A stretch of DNA of 31,424 nt from the IMG/VR virus record IMGVR_UViG_3300048861_000093, positions 1 to 31,424 of that record; one strand, written 5' to 3'. The first letter of the stretch is position 1. Each line of letters opens with the position of its first letter. Source of the stretch: a virus (taxonomy: Duplodnaviria; Caudoviricetes). This document shows positions 1 through 6,805 of this stretch, in pieces. The position numbers were made by a program, and so were the translations under genes. The notes beneath the pieces were generated by a model, which was not told the origin of the DNA, did no database searches, and worked only from the letters and a program-made list of their open reading frames with translations.

Positions 1-1
1 C

Positions 2-148
2 GAGGGCTATATCGAAGTTCTCGAAGGACTCAAAGCGGCCACCGAGAAGGAAGAGCAGCTTCGCTGGCTGATCACTGCGGCAGAGGCAAAGATCGAGGCG
101 TGGCGGACCATCGAGAGCACGCGACGTGCGGAAGCGAGGGCTTTGTGA
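2..148 (+). CDS. 3' end of helical phage protein (partial)
   Basis: Open frame from window edge EGYIEVLEGLKAATEKEEQLRWLITAAEAKIEAWRTIESTRRAEARAL*; TGA overlaps GTG of next gene. Confidence 0.75.
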   Translation, partial: EGYIEVLEGLKAATEKEEQLRWLITAAEAKIEAWRTIESTRRAEARAL

Positions 149-792
149 GGAAAGTTGAAATTCCTATCGGATCCACGTTTGGCTTATGGGTTGTCATTGG
201 CGGTCGGGAAATGCGCAAAACAAAGGCGATCTATCGGTGTCGATGCGCTTGCGGGAAAGAGCGAGATGTTTATGCGTGTCACTTGCGAAGCGGGCAGAGT
301 CAAGCTTGCGGGTGCGTTGCCGCAAAGAAGAATGGCGATAGAACCCGGACTCACGGAATGACCGGTACGCCTGAATACCGAATCTGGAGAGCGATGATAG
401 ACCGGTGCCATTACCCGTCATGCAAGGCATACCCAAGATACGGCGGACGAGGGGTTTTTGTCTGTGATGCGTGGCGAAATTCGTTCGAGAATTTCATAGC
501 GGACATGGGCATGAAGCCTAGCGAGCTGCACTCTATTGATCGAATCAATAACGATAAGGGTTATGAGCCGGGAAACTGCCGTTGGGCGACGGATTTGGAG
601 CAGGCGAGGAATAGAAGGTCGGAGAAATCGACTGCATCTGGAGTTGCTGGAGTCACTTTGACGAAGAGTGGGAAATGGATGGCTCGCATTTCCGTTGAAT
701 ACAAGTCGATCTGTCTTGGGTCATTTGAGAATGTCAACGACGCGATCGATGCGCGCAAACGCGCCGAGAAGGAACTATGGCAGACCGCATGA
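145..792 (+). CDS. HNH endonuclease with C-terminal AP2 domain (homing-endonuclease-like)
   Basis: CRCACG, YGGRG, HSIDRINNDKGYEPGNCRWAT, AP2-like SGVAGV..GKWMARI..LGSF; GTG145 start chosen from GTGA overlap. Confidence 0.85.
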   Translation: MRKVEIPIGSTFGLWVVIGGREMRKTKAIYRCRCACGKERDVYACHLRSGQSQACGCVAAKKNGDRTRTHGMTGTPEYRIWRAMIDRCHYPSCKAYPRYGGRGVFVCDAWRNSFENFIADMGMKPSELHSIDRINNDKGYEPGNCRWATDLEQARNRRSEKSTASGVAGVTLTKSGKWMARISVEYKSICLGSFENVNDAIDARKRAEKELWQTA

Positions 793-1337
793 AGAAGTGT
801 CGCACGTGCCGCAATCCTTTTATGGTCATGAGAAGCACCCAGGCCGTTTGCTCGATCGACTGCGCGAAGGCATATGCCGCGAAACTCGCCGATCAGAAAG
901 CCGCCCGCGCTAACCGCGAGGAGCGCAAGTCGATCCGCGTAGCACTGGAGAAGGCGAAGACGCGAGGGACGCACCTGAAGGAATTGCAGGCGGCATTCAA
1001 TCAGTGGATCAGATTGCGCGATGCGGGCAAGCCGTGTATCGCCTGCGGTCGCTATCACCAAGGACAGAACCACGCTGGACATTACCGCAGCGTTGGGTCA
1101 TGTCCAGAATTACGCTTCGAGCCGGACAACGTGCATCTGACCTGTCAACCGTGCAACGTTCATCTCTCGGGCAATTTGATCCAGATGAGAATCGGGATGA
1201 TCAAGAAGATCGGGCTTGAGCGCGTCGAATGGCTAGAAGGCCAGCACGAACCAAAGAAATACACGCTACAGGAGATATTGGAGATGAAGGCGTTCTATCG
1301 GGCCGAAGTTCGGCGACTTAAGCGGGAGGCAGCGTGA
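789..1337 (+). CDS. ninG: NinG/Rap recombination endonuclease
   Basis: N-terminal CxxC..CS.DC, FNQWIRLRD, CIACG, HAGHYRSVG, LRFEPDNVHLTCQPCN; ATGA overlap at 789. Confidence 0.92.
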   Translation: MKKCRTCRNPFMVMRSTQAVCSIDCAKAYAAKLADQKAARANREERKSIRVALEKAKTRGTHLKELQAAFNQWIRLRDAGKPCIACGRYHQGQNHAGHYRSVGSCPELRFEPDNVHLTCQPCNVHLSGNLIQMRIGMIKKIGLERVEWLEGQHEPKKYTLQEILEMKAFYRAEVRRLKREAA

Positions 1338-1522
1338 CCAGACAGCAACTAGAAAATATCAAAGCATCGGGAAAAATTTTAATGACCTCATTCGACCGTA
1401 TCGATGTCACGTGGGTGGAGGCTGGCCGCGTGCACGAGTTCAAAGCAAGGAAATATCAAGATCTATCGCACTTATCGGATGCTGCTTTGATCAACATGGG
1501 GATTCTGGAGCGTGATGCATGA
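1334..1522 (+). CDS. Hypothetical protein
   Basis: GTGA/ATGA coupling on both sides, GGAGG RBS. Confidence 0.65.
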   Translation: MTRQQLENIKASGKILMTSFDRIDVTWVEAGRVHEFKARKYQDLSHLSDAALINMGILERDA

Positions 1523-1767
1523 CCAACCCTACACGCTACGGCACAAGCTGCGCCCCTCGCGAGGATGGCGTATTCGTTCACTTTAGTGAGTATGAGAAGG
1601 TGGTGGTGGAGTGCGAGAGGTTGCGGGCGGATGCAGAGCGGTATCGATGGGCCATCGCATATGAGGACAACACGGAAGCACTTCTGGCTGCCGTATTTAA
1701 CAATGCGCCGGACAAAGAAGCGATATCGGCAGAGATCGACGCAGAGCGCGCAAAGGAGCAGGCATGA
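1519..1767 (+). CDS. Hypothetical phage protein with DAxRYRW module
   Basis: Coupled ORF; LRADAERYRW...EIDA motif common in lambdoid accessory proteins. Confidence 0.75.
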   Translation: MTNPTRYGTSCAPREDGVFVHFSEYEKVVVECERLRADAERYRWAIAYEDNTEALLAAVFNNAPDKEAISAEIDAERAKEQA

Positions 1768-2050
1768 CCGTCGAATATTCCATCAGTTCGATTAAAGACT
1801 TCCTTGCGATACCGGCAGAATCTATCGACGCATGCCTTGCTGACTTCAAGGTATGGCTTCAGATGGCCCGAAAGCCAGACGAATTTAGTTCGGACATGAA
1901 CGATTTGCTGGCAATGGAAGGCGCACTTTCATTCGTCGACGATAGTTCATCTGGCTTGATGACGGCCTGTCCGGCGTCCACCATATCCAGATCGTTGACG
2001 CCTCGAATGATTCGGAGATCGCGCGCATATCGTTTGAGGAGCAATCGTGA
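1764..2050 (+). pseudogene. Acidic hypothetical protein split by a 1-nt frameshift near 1946
   Basis: MTVEY...SFVDDS continues naturally in another frame as FIWLDDGLSGVHHIQIVDASNDSEIARISFEEQS*, whose TGA overlaps GTG2047. Confidence 0.7.
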
Positions 2051-2292
2051 TCAACATCGGCACCCTGCTAGTCGGTTTCATCCTCGGAGTGTTCGCCGTA
2101 GCCCTACTCGTATTTTTCGTGGCGCTGCATAAGCCTCGGGTCTCGGCGCCTACGTTGCGGAGGAAAAGAGATGTCGCGCCAGGCACAGCGTACGAGAAAG
2201 TGCCCGCAGTAGTGAAATGGGAAGCGAAAGCGACGGATGACGAGCGCGGAGTCAACTACTCATTCATGGGCGCGACTGGTCTCGAAGAGTGA
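2047..2292 (+). CDS. Small single-pass membrane protein
   Basis: Hydrophobic N-terminus then basic stretch; GAGGAG RBS. Confidence 0.75.
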   Translation: MINIGTLLVGFILGVFAVALLVFFVALHKPRVSAPTLRRKRDVAPGTAYEKVPAVVKWEAKATDDERGVNYSFMGATGLEE

Positions 2293-2324
2293 TCGCAAAA
2301 TAGGAGATTGACAACTCAATTCAT

Positions 2325-2353
2325 TTGTAGTGCGAACTTTTCCAAGATATAAT
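2325..2353 (+). promoter_or_regulatory. Sigma70-type promoter upstream of Q-like gene
   Basis: TTGTAG-17nt-TATAAT in AT-rich intergenic DNA. Confidence 0.6.
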
Positions 2354-2415
2354 TATTGCTAGATGTTGTGGCCGGCTCGGTAGTTCTAACTAGATCGTGT
2401 GATGCGGGGTTCAAG

Positions 2416-2925
2416 ATGATTCGAGAGAAGATCGCCAGTGATGTTCATTCGTCAAATCTCGCGTGGAATGAGCGAGAAGAAAAGGCGATCGACCGCATTA
2501 CTGCATTAGGAATGTCTGACGCACTCGGGTCCGCCCTCCTGCGGTTCAAGTTCGCCAATGATCGCTCCGCCGGGAAGCGCGCGTTGCATATGTTGGCGAA
2601 CAAAGCAGCCCAGCGCCTGAAGGTCGAATTGACGTACGCGCAAAAGCTGGCGACCGCGTGCATCAAGGAGTATCTGATTGACACCTGCGAAACGTGTCGA
2701 GGAACGGGATTCACGATTGAGTCCGGTCACTCCAGCAAGTGCAACAAATGCGGCGGGACAGGAGCCAAGCGCTACTCGGATTCAGAGCGCGCATTGGCTG
2801 CTGGCCTGCCGGTGGAATCGTGGAGCAAGCACCAGAAGAAGTTCGACGGCGTGATGACTTGCATGATGGGGTCGGTGGCGGATACGACCGGGCGGGCGCG
2901 TGGGCTTCTGAGAGACGCAGCATGA
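2416..2925 (+). CDS. Late antitermination protein, lambda Q-like (zinc finger)
   Basis: CETCRGTG...CNKCGGTG, C-terminal helix-turn-helix-like YSDSERALAAGL..W; position after ninG. Confidence 0.75.
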   Translation: MIREKIASDVHSSNLAWNEREEKAIDRITALGMSDALGSALLRFKFANDRSAGKRALHMLANKAAQRLKVELTYAQKLATACIKEYLIDTCETCRGTGFTIESGHSSKCNKCGGTGAKRYSDSERALAAGLPVESWSKHQKKFDGVMTCMMGSVADTTGRARGLLRDAA

Positions 2926-3050
2926 GTGCGCCGAATCTGTATTGGGCCCGGCAGCTTAAGGAGTGGGATATGAGCACGCGCGGCCCACTGGGCATATGGC
3001 TATGTGCCGGCCGCTGGGATATGAGGGGTTATTCATACGTCGACGCCTAA
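2922..3050 (+). CDS. 42-aa Trp-rich hypothetical peptide
   Basis: ATGA overlap with Q-like stop; MSAPNLYWARQ...YVDA. Confidence 0.4.
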   Translation: MSAPNLYWARQLKEWDMSTRGPLGIWLCAGRWDMRGYSYVDA

Positions 3051-3105
3051 AGCTAGCATGGGGCGTTTTCACTGGCAAATACGATGCGGTTCAATGGAGC
3101 GATCT

Positions 3106-3492
3106 ATGAGCAAACTGACTGTAACGGTTTCGGGTTCTGTTGGATCGGGCAAGTCGGCACTTTGCGGCGAAATAGAAATCCTATGCCGCGCCCTTGGGCT
3201 GAAGGTTGAGTGGAATGAGGGCGATCAGGAGAAGAACCTGACCGACGCAGACTGGGTTGGACAACTTGAGATGTACAAACCTGAGGTTGTCATTTCGGAG
3301 CGGATAGAAAAGACGGATGCCGCATCACTGGCGGAGGTCGACGCCGCGCGCTATCGCTTCCTGCGAGACAACGAGAATTGGCCGCAATGCGATCGGTACT
3401 GGGAGGCGCTTAGCGCTGGTGGCGACAATCTCGACCGGGTAATTGATGATGCGCTCTCGGAGCCATCGGAAGGCGAGGAAATAGATTTTTAG
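3106..3492 (+). CDS. Hypothetical protein with P-loop-like N-terminus and DAARYRFLRD module
   Basis: VSGSVGSGKS; GGAG RBS before ATG3106. Confidence 0.75.
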   Translation: MSKLTVTVSGSVGSGKSALCGEIEILCRALGLKVEWNEGDQEKNLTDADWVGQLEMYKPEVVISERIEKTDAASLAEVDAARYRFLRDNENWPQCDRYWEALSAGGDNLDRVIDDALSEPSEGEEIDF

Positions 3493-3512
3493 CAAATCTA
3501 GTAAGAATTCTC

Positions 3513-3540
3513 TTGCAATCCACAACATCTGGTGTATTCT
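3513..3540 (+). promoter_or_regulatory. Putative late promoter (pR'-like)
   Basis: TTGCAA-16nt-TATTCT downstream of Q-like gene, followed ~110 nt later by a terminator. Confidence 0.6.
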
Positions 3541-3546
3541 ACGGAC

Positions 3547-3681
3547 TTAGTCGTCGTAGTAGCGGAAGCGAAACAGAGCCGACGCAGGACGATAGAGCGA
3601 AAGCTCCGTTTCCAACCTCGATGGTTGAACTCGTCCCGAAATTTCATTGAAGCCCGCCAGGTAAAGCCTCGCGGGCTTTTT
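3547..3681 (+). ncRNA. Structured late-leader RNA (candidate)
   Basis: Stems GTCGTC/GACGAT, GAGC-GAAA-GCTC, CAACC/GGTTG and 7-bp cross-pairing GGAAGCG/CGTTTCC. Confidence 0.5.
3650..3681 (+). terminator. Intrinsic terminator (tR'-like)
   Basis: AAGCCCGC...GCGGGCTT followed by T run. Confidence 0.8.
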
Positions 3682-3694
3682 GCATTCTGCCGCC

Positions 3695-3925
3695 ATGCCA
3701 CGCTCAACCGCTCTCGAATCGCACATGTACGGCGATCCAATGGAGGTATTGGCAGCCAAACAGGCGCGCGAGAAACGGCAAGCGCAGCAACAGCAGAAGC
3801 GGCCTACTCTGGCGCTCAAGCGAGAGCCAAAGTTGGAGCGGGTAAAGCGCTGGAGCGCTGCGAGAGAAGCCGCAGAAGCATTATTTGATGTACCCGTCCC
3901 GCCGCGACCCATTCGTGAGTCGTAA
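3695..3925 (+). CDS. Hypothetical basic protein
   Basis: MPRSTALESHMYGDPMEVL...; first ORF after terminator. Confidence 0.6.
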   Translation: MPRSTALESHMYGDPMEVLAAKQAREKRQAQQQQKRPTLALKREPKLERVKRWSAAREAAEALFDVPVPPRPIRES

Positions 3926-3991
3926 ATCGCCCGCAGTATGCCGCGCAACACGGCTCTCGCCGGGTGATACCGGCCAGAATTCGAGAAAGTA

Positions 3992-4219
3992 ATGGAAGCA
4001 CAACAGCTAATCGACAGCATCGAGCAGGACATTCAGCGCATGCGTATAGATGAAGCGCTGAAGGCGAGCCTCGTCTCGCGGCTGGATGAGTTGCGGGCGG
4101 CGGCGTCGCCCCGCGTATTGATTGCGCCATCCGGGGATAAAGCGTCGGCAGAGAAGATGGCTCGCGCCCTCCGGAGTGTGATGTGCGAGCACATTGGTAC
4201 GCGAAGGAATTTGGCGTGA
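3992..4219 (+). CDS. Hypothetical helical protein
   Basis: ORF with amphipathic helices, coupled to next ORF. Confidence 0.6.
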   Translation: MEAQQLIDSIEQDIQRMRIDEALKASLVSRLDELRAAASPRVLIAPSGDKASAEKMARALRSVMCEHIGTRRNLA

Positions 4220-4362
4220 GTGACCTCCTGGAAACGCTCACCTTTGGGCCATTGCTGGCAGTTTCATATCATTTGGCATGCGCAAAAGCACTCACCCAAT
4301 GGGCAGACTGGCTTATCGACGTCTCCGAGCCGACCGCTGCTGGTGGTGTGCACGTGAGTTAG
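4216..4362 (+). CDS. 48-aa hypothetical peptide (not in ORF track)
   Basis: GTGA overlap, AAGGA RBS; MSDLLETLTFGPLLAVSYHLACAKALTQWADWLIDVSEPTAAGGVHVS. Confidence 0.5.
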   Translation: MSDLLETLTFGPLLAVSYHLACAKALTQWADWLIDVSEPTAAGGVHVS

Positions 4363-4412
4363 TAGATGGGCGGAAGTGCTGCAAGCCGGAAGACTATTTG
4401 TTTTGATTTGTA

Positions 4413-4641
4413 CTCGTTGGGCGTCACTAATTGGCGAAAGCTCTAATGGTGTGGCCCAAGAGCATCTTCATGCATGGCGATTGGCTGCGGGTAAATGACC
4501 CGTTAAACAGCCAGTATTGGTTGGGCCAGTCGCCGCCCATGAGGGTGAACCGAAAAGGCCGCGCGAGTCGATAGACTGCCACTGCGCCATGCGGGCCGAA
4601 CGCTGTAGCTCTCGCCTACCCCTTCTCGTCTTCTGATGAGA
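4413..4641 (+). ncRNA. Cluster of structured RNA elements (candidate)
   Basis: GAAA-capped long hairpin 4413-4462; three-way junction 4463-4547; further hairpins to 4641; no ORF of 60 aa or more covers it. Confidence 0.5.
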
Positions 4642-4643
4642 TT

Positions 4644-4664
4644 GCCGCCTAGAGCGGCTTTTTT
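4644..4664 (+). terminator. Intrinsic terminator
   Basis: GCCGC-CTAGA-GCGGC-TTTTTT. Confidence 0.8.
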
Positions 4665-4675
4665 ATTTGGTGCCT

Positions 4676-5020
4676 ATGGACTTCCACAGCAGCTTCGTCG
4701 TGACGATGTTCTGGCTGATGGTTGGCCATTCGCTGGCGGATTATCCGCTGCAAGGCGACTTCCTTGCGAATGGGAAGAATCGCCATACGCCGATCGGCAA
4801 GATGTTCTGGCCGCATGCGATCTTCGCGCACTCGATGATTCACGGTGGATTCGTTGCCATTATCACCGGCTCGGTATGGCTGGGCGTCGCTGAGGCAGTC
4901 GTCCACGGCATCACGGATCTTCTCAAGTGCGACAACTGGATTGGTCTTCGCACAGATCAAGCGATCCATGTGGTTTGCAAGATCGTCTGGGCGGTTATCG
5001 TCGCCAAAACGCTTATCTGA
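4676..5020 (+). CDS. DUF3307-family membrane protein
   Basis: GHSLADYPLQ, AHSMIHG, VHGITD, DQAIH motifs in hydrophobic helices. Confidence 0.85.
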   Translation: MDFHSSFVVTMFWLMVGHSLADYPLQGDFLANGKNRHTPIGKMFWPHAIFAHSMIHGGFVAIITGSVWLGVAEAVVHGITDLLKCDNWIGLRTDQAIHVVCKIVWAVIVAKTLI

Positions 5021-5032
5021 TGGGGTTGCTCG

Positions 5033-5245
5033 ATGGCATCGCGAAAGAAAGCCGAACCTGTCGAGCGCACAGAGATTTGCAAGAACTGCCGCGCCGTCCA
5101 TTGCGATCGCGCAAACGGAATGCGCTGCCGGCTATTCCCGCCAGTGTTTGTCTATGACCCGGCAACGGGCACATCGAGCGCGCAGTTCCCGGAGGTTGAT
5201 CCGGATCACTGGTGTATCCAGTTCAAAGCACAATTGAGTTCATAA
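5033..5245 (+). CDS. Small Cys-rich metal-binding protein
   Basis: CKNC...CRLFPP...FPEV...WC. Confidence 0.75.
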   Translation: MASRKKAEPVERTEICKNCRAVHCDRANGMRCRLFPPVFVYDPATGTSSAQFPEVDPDHWCIQFKAQLSS

Positions 5246-5254
5246 GGGGAAACC

Positions 5255-6424
5255 GTGGCACTAGATCCGAAGCTCCGCGAGTTCGCGACTGAACGGCAGT
5301 GCCAGTTCCTCGATGCGATCGACCAACTGGGTTCCGAGCGCAAGGCGGCCGAGTCGCTGGGCCTGAGTCACGGCACCATCGGCAATGCAATTGCTGCGCT
5401 GAAGAAGAAAGCGGCACGACAAGGGTATGCGCCCGGCCACTGGACCGGAGGCGTAGCACCCGGATTTGTGACTGGAAAGGTCACGGTTGCAGTCAATGCG
5501 AAGACTGGCGAGGTTGAGCGTTACTGGCAACGGCAGCATCCCGACGCAGCGCAGATGGAAGCCGCGATGCGTGCTACCGTCGATGCGATGAAAGAGGATA
5601 TCGGGCCTATCGTGCCGACGCCCGCCCCAGTCGCTACAGATGACAAGCTTTTGAATCTGTATCCCATCACGGATTTTCATCTCGGCGCAAAAGCCTGGAA
5701 AGAAGAAACTGGCGCCGCGTGGGATATGGAAATCGCTGAGCGGTTGCTGATAGATTGGTTTGCGGCGGCGATCGCGGCGTCTCCCGCTGCGAAGTATGCT
5801 GTGTTCGCAAACATGGGCGATTTCCTGCATTACGACTCGCTGGAAGCCGTTACGCCTACGTCAAAGAACGTGGTCGACTCGGATACGCGATTCCAGAAGA
5901 TGATCCGCGTGAATATCCGGCTGAAGCGTCGAATCATTTCGATGCTGCTACAGAAGCACGAGCACGTGTATTTCATCGAAGGCGAAGGCAACCACGACCT
6001 GGCGTCTAGCGCCTGGGGTCGCGAGCTGTTCGCCGCCCTGTATGAGAACGAGCCGCGCATTTTCGTGGAGACACGACCAGACCCGTATTACGCGGTGGAA
6101 CACGGGAAGACATCGCTGTTCTTCCACCATGGCCACAAGAAAAAACGAGAAAACCTCGAGACGGCATTCATCGCGAAGTTTCGGGAGATATTCGGCCGCA
6201 CCCAGTATTCATTCGCACACTGCGGCCATCTGCACCACGACGTAGTGCGCGAAACCAACACTATGCACATTGAGCAGCATGAAACGCTGGCCGCGCCTGA
6301 CAGTCACGCGAGCCGCGGCGCATGGTTGAGCAAACGTTCTGCCAAGTGCATCACGTACCACAAAGATTTTGGCGAGGTTGGGCGTCTCACGATCTCGCCG
6401 GAAATGCTTGAGGCGGCGGCATGA
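5255..6424 (+). CDS. HTH-fused calcineurin-like metallophosphoesterase
   Basis: N-terminal GSERKAAESLGLSHGTI helix-turn-helix; DFH, GDFLH, GNHD, HHGH, GHLHH metal motifs. Confidence 0.88.
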   Translation: MALDPKLREFATERQCQFLDAIDQLGSERKAAESLGLSHGTIGNAIAALKKKAARQGYAPGHWTGGVAPGFVTGKVTVAVNAKTGEVERYWQRQHPDAAQMEAAMRATVDAMKEDIGPIVPTPAPVATDDKLLNLYPITDFHLGAKAWKEETGAAWDMEIAERLLIDWFAAAIAASPAAKYAVFANMGDFLHYDSLEAVTPTSKNVVDSDTRFQKMIRVNIRLKRRIISMLLQKHEHVYFIEGEGNHDLASSAWGRELFAALYENEPRIFVETRPDPYYAVEHGKTSLFFHHGHKKKRENLETAFIAKFREIFGRTQYSFAHCGHLHHDVVRETNTMHIEQHETLAAPDSHASRGAWLSKRSAKCITYHKDFGEVGRLTISPEMLEAAA

Positions 6425-6780
6425 CCTACCCAAATGCACAGAATCAAACAGCCGGCTCAATTCCCGTCTACATCGTCGCCCAATCGACGAGCGGGCCTTG
6501 GCCGAGCTCGCAGAGCAACGCAAATAGCGCCATCCCTGTTGTCTTCGTGACGCAACCTGGTTATGGACCGTGGCCGAATGACCAATCGGAAGCCGCTGGC
6601 GCCATCCCTGTTCGCGTCGTGAGCGCTCCGACTGGCAATGGACCGTTCCCCAACGATCAAGGCCAGAACGGCGGCGCATTGCCCGTTTGGGATGCGACCA
6701 GTCTGCCGGCGCATGCTGCGACATATCCGAATCAACAGAACAACGCCAACGGCGCGATTCCCGTGTGGTTGGTCTCATAA
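6421..6780 (+). CDS. Five-repeat P/N/Q-rich hypothetical protein
   Basis: 5x [YWF]P-x2-Q-x4-[GS][AS][IL]PV; ATGA overlap. Confidence 0.8.
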   Translation: MTYPNAQNQTAGSIPVYIVAQSTSGPWPSSQSNANSAIPVVFVTQPGYGPWPNDQSEAAGAIPVRVVSAPTGNGPFPNDQGQNGGALPVWDATSLPAHAATYPNQQNNANGAIPVWLVS

Positions 6781-6805
6781 AGGGGCGGCATGCCCGCAAT
6801 AAGGC

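Noticed and set aside
3529-3544. LexA box over the late promoter (CTGGTGTATTCTACGG)
   Set aside because: Right half is CGG rather than CAG and the overall match is poor
3547-3615. HDV-like ribozyme or ZTP riboswitch
   Set aside because: Helix order resembles HDV but P3/L3, P1.1 and the catalytic J4/2 C are absent; ZTP conserved GACUGG and CGCCUGGGC are absent
4551-4645. Hammerhead ribozyme (CTGATGAG at 4633 with upstream CGAAA)
   Set aside because: Stems I and II cannot be formed; CTGATGAG is explained by a local TCTCGTC/GATGAGA hairpin
4363-4660. tRNA genes after Q
   Set aside because: No T-loop GTTCGA or canonical cloverleaf found
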